DNA from: a virus
DNA length: 44,466 nt
IMG/VR virus record: IMGVR_UViG_3300020536_000001
Span: 1-44,466 of that record
Strand: one strand, 5' to 3'
In this document: in pieces, positions 34,198-42,244 of the stretch
How positions within the stretch are numbered: the stretch's first letter is position 1
How the letters are laid out: the number at the start of each line of letters is the position of its first letter
Notes under the pieces: model-generated
Database searches by the model: none
The model's input: the letters and a program-made list of their open reading frames with translations, nothing else
Told to the model about the DNA's origin: nothing
Translations under genes and position numbers: made by a program

Positions 34198-35567
34198 CAG
34201 AATGGTGCTTTTAGGGTTTGAATCTTCTCCTCAAAGGTAGGAATGTTTCCATTAAAATCCAACACTTTTGTGTATTGAAGTTTAATTTTCCCCATAGCGG
34301 TACCAATCTTCCCATTCCGATTCTTCCTCACAAGGATTTCAAGGAGGTCAATGAGTTCTTGCTTTTGGGGGTCGTGGTCTTCCATATACTCGGAAGGACG
34401 ATACACGAACAGAATCTTATCGGCATCAAATTCAAGTTGGCCTGTTTCACGCAGGTCGCTCGGCTTGGGACGCTTGGAGTCCCTCTGCTCCACGCCCCTG
34501 GACAACGATGACACCACGCAAATCCAAATGTTGAGCCTCTTGCAAATCGTCTTGATGTACTTGGAGATGTTGGTCACTTGCTCAATTCGGGGCTTGCCTC
34601 GGTCTTCTGGCAGGGGAGAAATCAGTTGGAGGTAATCAATGTATGCCCCTTCAATCTTGTGCTTCTTGATGAGTTTTATCAACTCCAATTCCATCCGCTG
34701 AGGGTCAATGCCGGGGACATCCACAACGTGCAACGGTGCGCCTTTGACCTTATCAATGTGCTGAGAGATAGCCAAGAAGTCTTGACCGTTCATCCGCTCC
34801 TTGATGTCCAGGAAGACCTCTCCATCCACCTCGGCGAGGTTGGAAACCAATCGGGTCATCAGCTGCTCCGTGGACATCTCCAAGGTGAAGAAGGCCACAG
34901 GCTTTTTGTTCATCGCTTGGTTGAGAGCGTATTGCAGGGCCAAGGTGGTCTTGCCCATTGCAGGACGGCCCCCCAGGATGATAAACTCCGAAGGCTTGAA
35001 ACCCGTTATCAGGCTGTCGGTGTTGTGGTGGAAGGTTCGGGTGATGCTGTTGTCCTTCGCTCCCGTAATCACCTCGTTGAGGCCCATCATAAAGCCCAAG
35101 AGTAATTCGTGAACCTCGGTAGCAATCGGGTCGGGGTCTAAGGACTTGATGTCTTGGATTTCCTTGTAGAGGCGATCAACATCCTGGTGCTTGAGAAAGT
35201 CAATCTTGGTCTTCTCAATTTGGTCGTGGATGTACCGGCAATGCAACTCGTACCGGTACACCTTCCATCCATCGTGAGAATAAAGCCCTGAGTCAAGGCT
35301 TGCGAGAAACACCACATCGGTGGGGACATTCATCTCAATCATCCGTGAACGGACGGTGAGCGTGTTGATAGGCTTGTCCTCGGCCCGAAGGCTCCGAATG
35401 GCTTTAAAGGTATTCTTGCGGATTCCTTCATCAAAATACTCTTCTCGGAGTTGGAGGACTATATCCCCCGGCTTGATGATTTCGCAAATGAGGATGCCGA
35501 GGAGTCGGTCTTGGTATTCAGCGTACAATTCCGCTGGGAGGCGTGTAAAATCGGAGTGGTTGTTCAT
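34197..35567 (-). CDS. dnaB: Replicative DNA helicase (DnaB family), 456 aa
   Basis: Walker A GGRPAMGKTTLAL, plus YIDYLQLI and RNGKIG motifs. Start taken at MNNHSDFTRLP; the ORF track begins at 35633. The stop shares 1 nt with the methyltransferase ATG. Confidence 0.9.
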   Translation of the reverse strand: MNNHSDFTRLPAELYAEYQDRLLGILICEIIKPGDIVLQLREEYFDEGIRKNTFKAIRSLRAEDKPINTLTVRSRMIEMNVPTDVVFLASLDSGLYSHDGWKVYRYELHCRYIHDQIEKTKIDFLKHQDVDRLYKEIQDIKSLDPDPIATEVHELLLGFMMGLNEVITGAKDNSITRTFHHNTDSLITGFKPSEFIILGGRPAMGKTTLALQYALNQAMNKKPVAFFTLEMSTEQLMTRLVSNLAEVDGEVFLDIKERMNGQDFLAISQHIDKVKGAPLHVVDVPGIDPQRMELELIKLIKKHKIEGAYIDYLQLISPLPEDRGKPRIEQVTNISKYIKTICKRLNIWICVVSSLSRGVEQRDSKRPKPSDLRETGQLEFDADKILFVYRPSEYMEDHDPQKQELIDLLEILVRKNRNGKIGTAMGKIKLQYTKVLDFNGNIPTFEEKIQTLKAPF

Positions 35568-36108
35568 TGTTTTGGGTTGAATGGTAGGGTTTGTGTTGGG
35601 AATGGCCTCCAGACTGCGTAGGAAGCTCGTCATTGAACGCTTTATGGGTTAGGTATCTTACGGGGTCTTTGCGGAACTTACGCTCTCTGTGAGCCTCTAA
35701 ATAGGTCGGAAGGGTATTGCGGATTTTCTCAATCTCTTCATCGGTCAGTTTGAACCAAGCGAGGATGGCTTTGTCCTTGCCGACCTTCTTGTCGTAGAAG
35801 TTCCAAAAGCCTTCAAACATAGCCATCATTTCCTCTTGGGAGTGTTTAGAGTTCCTGCGGATGTTTTTGTTGGAGTATTTGGACGTTCCCTTCTCTTTTT
35901 CCTCCCCCACACCCCCTCCTTTATCTCTACCCTTTAGAGTGTTTAGAGTATTAGTATTGTTTATATGTATAGAATTGTCTATATAATTATATATATATAG
36001 TAGGTTTTGTTGAAAAATCAAGTTTTCTCGCTCAATTTTATCCACATAACTCTCCAGGTCTTTGACATACTCGTCCTGGTCAAGGTAGCATTCGGGGTTA
36101 GGCCGCAT
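35518..36108 (-). CDS. Replication-organiser-like protein, 196 aa, with an internal AT-rich low-complexity linker
   Basis: C-terminal FEGFWNFYDKKVGKDKAILAWFKL...RKFRKDPVRYL resembles phage replication/DnaD-like helper proteins (by memory). Lies directly upstream of dnaB. Confidence 0.45.
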   Translation of the reverse strand: MRPNPECYLDQDEYVKDLESYVDKIERENLIFQQNLLYIYNYIDNSIHINNTNTLNTLKGRDKGGGVGEEKEKGTSKYSNKNIRRNSKHSQEEMMAMFEGFWNFYDKKVGKDKAILAWFKLTDEEIEKIRNTLPTYLEAHRERKFRKDPVRYLTHKAFNDELPTQSGGHSQHKPYHSTQNNEQPLRFYTPPSGIVR

Positions 36109-36155
36109 TAGGGTTAGGGGTTTAGCATTTTGGTGGTGTCAACGAAATGGTCGGA

Positions 36156-36374
36156 TCATTGGTTGTTATTTTCAACGACCTGCCCTTCTTCAACAACGGT
36201 CATTTCGTAGTAGTCCGTTCCAAATCCGTATGCATCGTATTCGTTAGGACTGCCCTTTGGGTAAACTTTTTCAATATGCTTGTTTACGGCTTTGATAGCT
36301 TCTTCTTCGCTTTTAGCAATGGTGAAGAACGATTGCTCACCGTGTCCTTGTGGTTGGAATGCATATAGTTTCAT
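36156..36374 (-). CDS. Hypothetical protein, 72 aa
   Basis: ORF on the minus strand with a C/A-rich leader. Confidence 0.6.
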   Translation of the reverse strand: MKLYAFQPQGHGEQSFFTIAKSEEEAIKAVNKHIEKVYPKGSPNEYDAYGFGTDYYEMTVVEEGQVVENNNQ

Positions 36375-36556
36375 GGGGTTGGGGTTTGGTTGGTCAGTTT
36401 ACAGGCTGACGCTGGGGGAGGTTTGGTAAGAGCAGAGGCTGACGGATTTATCATTCATTATATGCAATAAGGGTGCTTATTGACCGATTTATCATTCATT
36501 GTATTCAAATGGGTATAGTTTGGTTGGGTTCACGAATGAGCGAGTTAGTGGCAACC

Positions 36557-36802
36557 CTAAAAAGACTGCCAGACAATTTTACCATCCTTCCAAAATCCAT
36601 AATCAAAATCTGTTATATCTTGGTCTTGATTAAAGATGAACATTTTAAAAGTCCTGTCTTTTTCCATTATTATCTGTTTGGCAAATGCGTAAAATTCAAT
36701 TGTCAAACTTTCTTGATGCGGAGTAGAACTAACATCGGCAAACATTCTTTTGCCGTTTGTACTTACTCTTAATCTTTCTTCACTTGGGATGTGTATTTCC
36801 AT
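36557..36802 (-). CDS. Hypothetical protein, 81 aa (AT-rich island)
   Basis: Preferred over the plus-strand ORF 36473..36772 on strand consistency and composition. Confidence 0.5.
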   Translation of the reverse strand: MEIHIPSEERLRVSTNGKRMFADVSSTPHQESLTIEFYAFAKQIIMEKDRTFKMFIFNQDQDITDFDYGFWKDGKIVWQSF

Positions 36803-36852
36803 TTTTTATTGTTTAAATTGTTAATTAATCATTCATTGTATCCGATTGCGTA

Positions 36853-37059
36853 TTAAACGTGGGTTCGTGTTTCCGAATCCCAAATCTCGGTCCAATTAAA
36901 ATCCTTCCAGCTGTCCTTCCATATAGATTTAAACTTTTCTTTGATTTTTGATTCAAAACTTTTGGCCTCTTCCAAGGTGTCAAAGTCCTGCTGAAAATCA
37001 TTCATCCCTCCCTCAGGATAATAGGAATCACCGGCAAATACTAAGAATCGTTTCATCAT
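36853..37059 (-). CDS. Hypothetical protein, 68 aa (AT-rich island)
   Basis: ORF that overlaps the upstream gene by 4 nt. Confidence 0.55.
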   Translation of the reverse strand: MMKRFLVFAGDSYYPEGGMNDFQQDFDTLEEAKSFESKIKEKFKSIWKDSWKDFNWTEIWDSETRTHV

Positions 37060-37313
37060 TGCATATCATTTGTGTTTGTAGCCAACAAACGATTTCTTTC
37101 TCCATTTAACCAATCTTTAGGCGACATACCACTATTGGTAAATTCTTTTGAATTAAGCATATCCAATGCTATTTCAAGTGCGTGTAATTGATACTTTTTA
37201 TCAGCAATCAAGCCATCTAAATACTCATAAAAAGCCATTTGAGCCTCATACTCTGCTTGTGCTTGTGCTTGTGCAGCCCATCCTGCTTCGTATTCCCATT
37301 GTTCTTGTGTCAT
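37056..37313 (-). CDS. Hypothetical protein, 85 aa (AT-rich island)
   Basis: ORF with same-strand packing. Confidence 0.55.
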   Translation of the reverse strand: MTQEQWEYEAGWAAQAQAQAEYEAQMAFYEYLDGLIADKKYQLHALEIALDMLNSKEFTNSGMSPKDWLNGERNRLLATNTNDMQ

Positions 37314-37314
37314 T

Positions 37315-37509
37315 TTATTTAGGTTTTAAGGTTTGAAATAGTTTGTACGCACCACACGAATCGGTCAGGGTCTTGACTTGTGGCCCGAATCCGTTGGAGC
37401 GGGATAGCACATACTCGCAGGCATCCCCCTTGGCCCGCACCTCAATCACCCTCCAGGGGCGGTCGTTGGTGCAGGCCGTGAGCAGGAATAGGAGGAGGAT
37501 GGCTCGCAT
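37315..37509 (-). CDS. Small lipoprotein, 64 aa
   Basis: MRAILLLFLLTAC: a signal peptide followed by a lipobox (LTAC). Confidence 0.6.
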   Translation of the reverse strand: MRAILLLFLLTACTNDRPWRVIEVRAKGDACEYVLSRSNGFGPQVKTLTDSCGAYKLFQTLKPK

Positions 37510-37995
37510 TTAGGCTCTTGATTGATACTTTGAGAGCAACTCGGCAACACGCTTGTTGGCTTCCTCGGCTTTCGCCAGAAGGTCTTTGAGGGTAGCGTCC
37601 ATCTCGTTGGGCTTCTGGACAACGGCTCGCTTGGCCTTGAAGGTCTTGAACACCTCCTTGATCTTCACGCTTTGCTCGTTGATGCACTTATCAATGTCCT
37701 GTTGGGTAGGGACCTTGTTGAAGTCGGAGTAATACAGCGACTTGTTTTGCCCTAAGCGAGATCCTTTGGCGATGATACCTTGGTCACGCATTGTCAGGTA
37801 GAAGGTGCGACCCACATTGTTGTCGGTCATAATCTTGTTGATGTCAAGGTTCCTCGCTCCGTTAAAGCAGGCGGTCCAAATCATCCAGAACGCTTTGACC
37901 TTGCGGTTGTAGCGGTCTTGCTCGGAGCCAAATACCTTTGGCTTGGATAGGGCGTAGCGGGTCTTGGGGGTTGTTTCAAATAGGTTCGTGTTCAT
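37510..37995 (-). CDS. Hypothetical protein, 161 aa
   Basis: Start taken at MNTNLFETTPK, which is preceded by the C/A-rich leader. The longer ORF-track start at 38169 would overlap the upstream gene. Confidence 0.6.
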   Translation of the reverse strand: MNTNLFETTPKTRYALSKPKVFGSEQDRYNRKVKAFWMIWTACFNGARNLDINKIMTDNNVGRTFYLTMRDQGIIAKGSRLGQNKSLYYSDFNKVPTQQDIDKCINEQSVKIKEVFKTFKAKRAVVQKPNEMDATLKDLLAKAEEANKRVAELLSKYQSRA

Positions 37996-38017
37996 TGTTT
38001 TTGGGTTTAAGGGTTGG

Positions 38018-38248
38018 TTAATTAAGGTTAGGTAAATCATCAATCGTGTTGCCTTGCTCGGCTTCGTGTTCTTCGGTGCATTCCTGCAATCCACGCTGGT
38101 AATCAGCGTCCCTCTGCTCGGCTTCACGGGCCAAGCCTGCTTCCAGGGTTTCGGTGAGGAAAAACTCACCGTTGCTCCTTTCCATATCTTCCAATTTGCG
38201 GAGGCGTAATTCCTTGATTAGCCATTCCATTGCGGTCATATTGCTCAT
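38018..38248 (-). CDS. Hypothetical acidic protein, 76 aa
   Basis: Start at MSNMTAMEW, in a TAATG overlap with the upstream stop. Confidence 0.55.
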   Translation of the reverse strand: MSNMTAMEWLIKELRLRKLEDMERSNGEFFLTETLEAGLAREAEQRDADYQRGLQECTEEHEAEQGNTIDDLPNLN

Positions 38249-38691
38249 TATTTGAAGGTTATTGCGATGGACGATTTGGTGGCCTTGGCTTCGCACACGG
38301 GGATTTCTTCACCGGTGTTAGGGTCCACAATCATTGACTTGCCTGCCTGCCTGAACGCAAGCTTCAGCAGTTCTTCTCGGTCTTTGAGGGCCGCTTTCAT
38401 TTGGGTGTATATCGGGTCTTGGTCGCAGTTCGGGCCAAGGGATCCTTCCCTTATCTGAACACTCGCTCCGTAAACATCAAAGGACTTGCCGGGATGCTTG
38501 GCGGCCTCATCAGCAACGGTTTCTTCCGTCTGCTTGATGACCGCCTCAATCGCCTTGTGGATGGCTTTGAGTTTGATGTGGGCTTCCAGGGCATTGATAT
38601 GCCCTTCGTTGATGCGATCCACCAGGTTGGTGGTGAGGAGTGCGATGTCGGCCTTGCCGACATCACTCCTGGGTATAGATACGAGTTCCAT
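38248..38691 (-). CDS. Hypothetical protein, 147 aa (Gp157-like by position and shape)
   Basis: Helical N-terminal half. Sits immediately downstream of the annealing protein, as Gp157-family genes do. Weak. Confidence 0.4.
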   Translation of the reverse strand: MELVSIPRSDVGKADIALLTTNLVDRINEGHINALEAHIKLKAIHKAIEAVIKQTEETVADEAAKHPGKSFDVYGASVQIREGSLGPNCDQDPIYTQMKAALKDREELLKLAFRQAGKSMIVDPNTGEEIPVCEAKATKSSIAITFK

Positions 38692-38693
38692 AA

Positions 38694-39350
38694 TTAACGA
38701 TTTTTAAAGTATTCAATCCCCTTGCGGTACCGCTCTTCAGTCCAATCCTCGGTCGGGGCGAACCGTGGGTCGTTGCGTTCTTGGTCGGTGGCCTTGACCG
38801 CACGCTCCAAGATGTATTCTTGGTGAATCTTTTGCAGACCGGCAGGGATGATGACGGGTGCCGTAGCACGGGTCTTGGTTGGAGGGGCCACATCGTTCCT
38901 TGGAGGGGCTTGATAGGGCTTTGCAGGGATGACCGGCGCACCGTGTTTGCCTTTGTAAACATCAATCCCAATCCCAATCCAAGAGGCGATTTTGGTGATC
39001 GCATCCGTGGTCGCTCCCTTCGCCGCATCGCCCATATCATCGTTGGTGGACGAGGCTATGCACTCGTAATAGATGCCTGCGGATGGGATTTCAAGGACGG
39101 TCTTGGAGAGAGCGGTGTATTCGGTACGCTCCCGGCCAGAGGATGTTGTCTTGACGATGACGGAGATTGGGGTCAAGAGTTCAGTCTTGACCATCCATTC
39201 CCCAACACCAAAGACTTCATTCAGTCGCTCGGTGACGAAGATGCCCTTGATGGTGGACATCCCGGTTCGTGTTGGGTGGGCCGAAATTGCTTCGGGTGGT
39301 AGAGGCTCGGCTATCTTGCGGAGTTGCTCTGCAGTGAGGTTTTGTTTCAT
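38694..39350 (-). CDS. Rad52/Sak-type single-strand annealing protein, 218 aa
   Basis: HPTRTGMSTIKGIFVTERLNEVFGVGEW... and GDAAKGATTDAITKIASWIGIGIDVY match the remembered Rad52-family motifs. Confidence 0.7.
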   Translation of the reverse strand: MKQNLTAEQLRKIAEPLPPEAISAHPTRTGMSTIKGIFVTERLNEVFGVGEWMVKTELLTPISVIVKTTSSGRERTEYTALSKTVLEIPSAGIYYECIASSTNDDMGDAAKGATTDAITKIASWIGIGIDVYKGKHGAPVIPAKPYQAPPRNDVAPPTKTRATAPVIIPAGLQKIHQEYILERAVKATDQERNDPRFAPTEDWTEERYRKGIEYFKNR

Positions 39351-39568
39351 GGTTTGGATTTAAAGGCTTGAAATACTTCGTTTAATGCCGGGGCGCAATA
39401 AATTCCCAAGGCATCGCATAGGCTGACATACTCATCAACGGTTAGATGAATGACAACAATTTTGTCGGTCAAGGCTTTTATCAAGTTCTCGCCAAGGGTC
39501 GGGTACTTTTCTTTGAACTCAAGGAGCTTCTTGTACTCCGCTGCGTTCATTTGTTGTAATAGGTTCAT
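39347..39568 (-). CDS. Hypothetical protein, 73 aa
   Basis: ORF with a 4-nt overlap with the downstream gene. Confidence 0.6.
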   Translation of the reverse strand: MNLLQQMNAAEYKKLLEFKEKYPTLGENLIKALTDKIVVIHLTVDEYVSLCDALGIYCAPALNEVFQAFKSKP

Positions 39569-39578
39569 TGTTTAGGGT

Positions 39579-39701
39579 TTAGGGGTTAAGGATTAAAGCG
39601 AGGATGAATCGGCCAAAGAATGCAATGCCCAGCATCGTGGTCAGGACAATGTATCCCGTGCCGATGGCGGCCTCTATCTTGGCCTTGGTTTCGTGTGTCA
39701 T
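39579..39701 (-). CDS. Possible small membrane protein, 40 aa
   Basis: Hand translation: MTHETKAKIEAAIGTGYIVLTTMLGIAFFGRFILALILNP. Preceded by the CCCTAAA-type leader. Confidence 0.3.
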   Translation of the reverse strand: MTHETKAKIEAAIGTGYIVLTTMLGIAFFGRFILALILNP

Positions 39702-39752
39702 AAGTTAGGGGTTTAGGGTTATGAACGAAAGTGTGAACAAATATAGTGGGTC

Positions 39753-40196
39753 TTACCCTGCTTGCGCCACCTTGGAAAAATTATTTTCAATAATTTTATT
39801 GACATCCTTTTTCTTCCCAATCCCGTGGCTCCATTGGTACACATAATTGCGGTCAATGTTGAGGGTTCGGGCGATCTTATCAATGCTCGTCTTGTTCCTC
39901 GTCATTAAGAGCCTGCGATACTCATCATCCCGAAGGCGCATCGTGAGGTCGGGCTTGGTCAGGCAGGCTTTGATGACTCTGGGCGATGCTGGTTGGTAAT
40001 CATCGCAAATCAATTTGAAGCAGGCATCAATCGCATCAAATTGCTTAATCCTCGTGACGCCTTCTCTCCACCAGAACACGGTGGATATGGACACCTCGCA
40101 CTCTTTAGCGATTTCGTCCAGGGTCAGGCCCATACGCTTCATCAGAATTTTGATGGCTTCGGGCCGGGTAACGGTTTGTGGTTTTGGTTTCATCAT
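39753..40196 (-). CDS. DNA-binding protein with two HTH-like units, 147 aa
   Basis: GLTLDEIAKECEVSISTVFWWREG and TSIDKIARTLNIDRNYVYQWSHG. Confidence 0.6.
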   Translation of the reverse strand: MMKPKPQTVTRPEAIKILMKRMGLTLDEIAKECEVSISTVFWWREGVTRIKQFDAIDACFKLICDDYQPASPRVIKACLTKPDLTMRLRDDEYRRLLMTRNKTSIDKIARTLNIDRNYVYQWSHGIGKKKDVNKIIENNFSKVAQAG

Positions 40197-40366
40197 TTGG
40201 GGTTTATGGTTCTGTCTATAATTTGATTCGGAATATCAAACCAACCATTATCTTCCATCATAATTAAAACAAAGATGCCGACAATGGTAATGGTTAAGGC
40301 TATGGTAATTACAAACCATAAAAGGTATAACACAAAATCCCTTATAAATAAGATTATTTGGTTCAT
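40193..40366 (-). CDS. Small membrane protein, 57 aa
   Basis: Hand translation: MNQIILFIRDFVLYLLWFVITIALTITIVGIFVLIMMEDNGWFDIPNQIIDRTINPK. ATGA overlap with the HTH gene, and the leader motif lies upstream. Confidence 0.45.
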   Translation of the reverse strand: MNQIILFIRDFVLYLLWFVITIALTITIVGIFVLIMMEDNGWFDIPNQIIDRTINPK

Positions 40367-40430
40367 TTTGTTTGGGTTTAGGGGTTAAATGGCTTTTTTT
40401 GCATCCAGGTAGCGGCCATACAAGGCCCAA

Positions 40431-41111
40431 TCAATCCTGAACGGGGACTTCACCTCGGAGTAATCCGGCTTTATACTTCGCCTGCACGCTCTCTTTATGT
40501 GCCTTAGCCAATTGGCGAGGGGTTCCTGGGATGTAGGGTTCAATGATGTCAAATTCATGGTAAAAGGGTTTAAGGTTTTTTTCAATGTAAACTCGCAATC
40601 GCACTTGTTTTCTTCGGGTGTGCTTTACCGGTCTTCGGTTGTTCTCAGCGGCCTTCAGCAGTTGGTTAATCACGGCCAAGGGATAGCGAAGGGGGGCATC
40701 CCGAACCTTCGTCACTCCACGGGCCGTCACCGTCACCGAAGGCAAATCAAGGCAATGCCTCACGGTCTTGTAATTCCAATTATTCTCGTTGGCGATCCGA
40801 ACGATGTCACCGGTGGCCAGGTGCCTGCGAAGGTCATAGACCAACACGGGGGGCAAAGGAAACCAAGGGCCAACCTCCGCACGCTTCACGCCGTTCTTCA
40901 TCTTCTTGTTGCAGAAATACTTGTTGGCCAATTTCATCTCTCCCTTGGCCGCCTTGTAAAGGTGATAGTCAACAATCTCCCGGACCTTGCGATGCACCAC
41001 CTTGAACGCCAGGGAGCCTTCCAAATCAGCTTTCCTCAAGGCGATGAGCAGTTGGTTCGCTTCGTCAAAATCAAGGCGTATATCGCCCTTAATGCCCTTA
41101 GAATTGTGCAT
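40431..41111 (-). CDS. Hypothetical protein, 226 aa
   Basis: Long ORF in the early block. Its 3' end overlaps an alternative 66-aa ORF (40385..40585). Confidence 0.6.
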   Translation of the reverse strand: MHNSKGIKGDIRLDFDEANQLLIALRKADLEGSLAFKVVHRKVREIVDYHLYKAAKGEMKLANKYFCNKKMKNGVKRAEVGPWFPLPPVLVYDLRRHLATGDIVRIANENNWNYKTVRHCLDLPSVTVTARGVTKVRDAPLRYPLAVINQLLKAAENNRRPVKHTRRKQVRLRVYIEKNLKPFYHEFDIIEPYIPGTPRQLAKAHKESVQAKYKAGLLRGEVPVQD

Positions 41112-41112
41112 C

Positions 41113-41403
41113 TCAGTTCTTGGTTTCAGCCTTGAAATTCGTTGTCGTAATCAGCTCCTCGGCGATGGCGTACCAATCAATGTTCCCAACGGCCAGAATC
41201 GTCAAAGCCTTTAGTTGGGGATCCTTGATCGTTTCGGCTTGGGCCATATAGTAATCGTCCATCATCAACGACAGTTCTTCGGGGTCGGCCAACGACTTGG
41301 CCTTGTTCTTCCAGATGTAGAAGTCAAGGGAAATCGTCCTCCTCCTGGATGGCGTGGACATAGCAAGCCCATCGGTGAGGGCATCATCGTCAAAGGCGGG
41401 CAT
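41113..41403 (-). CDS. Hypothetical protein, 96 aa
   Basis: ORF with same-strand packing. Confidence 0.6.
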   Translation of the reverse strand: MPAFDDDALTDGLAMSTPSRRRTISLDFYIWKNKAKSLADPEELSLMMDDYYMAQAETIKDPQLKALTILAVGNIDWYAIAEELITTTNFKAETKN

Positions 41404-41405
41404 CG

Positions 41406-41675
41406 TTAGTTCTCTGAGGCGAAGATGTTGTCAAAGGAATCCCGCTCGTCATCCCGGACATACTTCTTGTGGATGGCGTACCAATATTGGTGGCCTTCGT
41501 CAGTAGAATCCCAATGGAACGAGTGCAAAGCCTCGTCAAGGCTATCGTTGGTGCAGACATCGTCAGCATCGTGGGGGATTTGCTTGGGGCCGATGTGTTG
41601 CATTTGGATGGCAAAAATCGCTGAGTTTGCGATGGGTTCGGGAAGCCTGGACTTCAATACTTGCTTGATCGTCAT
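41406..41675 (-). CDS. Hypothetical protein, 89 aa
   Basis: ORF with same-strand packing. Confidence 0.6.
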   Translation of the reverse strand: MTIKQVLKSRLPEPIANSAIFAIQMQHIGPKQIPHDADDVCTNDSLDEALHSFHWDSTDEGHQYWYAIHKKYVRDDERDSFDNIFASEN

Positions 41676-41686
41676 GGTTTGGGAGT

Positions 41687-41953
41687 TTAGATTAAGATTT
41701 TGGTGGATTCGCTAATTAACCGGTAATCGCCGGGGGTAACATCGTCACCCTCGTCAAAGGTGAAAACTTGCTCCTCAACGATGGTATAGTCAATCCCAGG
41801 GCCGGGCAATTCGTCAGCCTCGTCATGGCAATAAATGTAATTGTCAACCTGGCCATCGTCATCGCAAGTGAAAACATTCTCGTTTCGTTCGTTGGTCTCA
41901 GGATCAAACCAAACATTCGTGATCGTGTAGTGGTAGGCGGTCTCTTGGTTCAT
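41687..41953 (-). CDS. Hypothetical acidic protein, 88 aa
   Basis: ORF with the leader motif upstream. Confidence 0.6.
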   Translation of the reverse strand: MNQETAYHYTITNVWFDPETNERNENVFTCDDDGQVDNYIYCHDEADELPGPGIDYTIVEEQVFTFDEGDDVTPGDYRLISESTKILI

Positions 41954-41998
41954 GGTTTTAGGGTTTAGGGGGGTTGGGGTTAAAGGTTGCTCTATGGG

Positions 41999-42220
41999 TT
42001 AGATTGCTTCAAATGTGAGTCCGCCATCTTTTAGCTTGGAGCAAGTAATCAAAATGGTAAGGAACTCCCCAAGTGGTAAGGTTGGGACATCTATTTTACC
42101 GCTTAAAAGTTTTTTCTTTGTTTGATAAAGGATGGATTTTGGCTGAAAAGGGCCGGTTCTCAACATAAAGCGTTGCCCGTCATATTGCACAAAAGTGTAT
42201 TCTTTTTTTTCTTGTTTCAC
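41999..42220 (-). CDS. Hypothetical protein, 73 aa
   Basis: GTG start preceded by (CCCTAAA)x3 in mRNA sense. Confidence 0.55.
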   Translation of the reverse strand: MKQEKKEYTFVQYDGQRFMLRTGPFQPKSILYQTKKKLLSGKIDVPTLPLGEFLTILITCSKLKDGGLTFEAI

Positions 42221-42244
42221 GATTATAGGGTTTAGGGTTTAGGG

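Noticed and set aside
36473-36772. 99-aa plus-strand ORF in the AT-rich island
   Set aside because: It runs opposite to the whole surrounding operon and is Ile/Phe/Cys-skewed. The overlapping minus-strand 81-aa ORF reads as a more ordinary protein.
37510-38169. Longer 219-aa version of the 161-aa gene, and the 92-aa version of 38018..38296
   Set aside because: The extensions overlap the upstream genes. The shorter starts are preceded by the leader motif or form TAATG junctions.
40385-40585. 66-aa ORF overlapping the 3' end of the 226-aa gene in another frame (possible frameshift or separate gene)
   Set aside because: There is no slippery site or motif to support it. It may be a shadow ORF, and I leave it unresolved.
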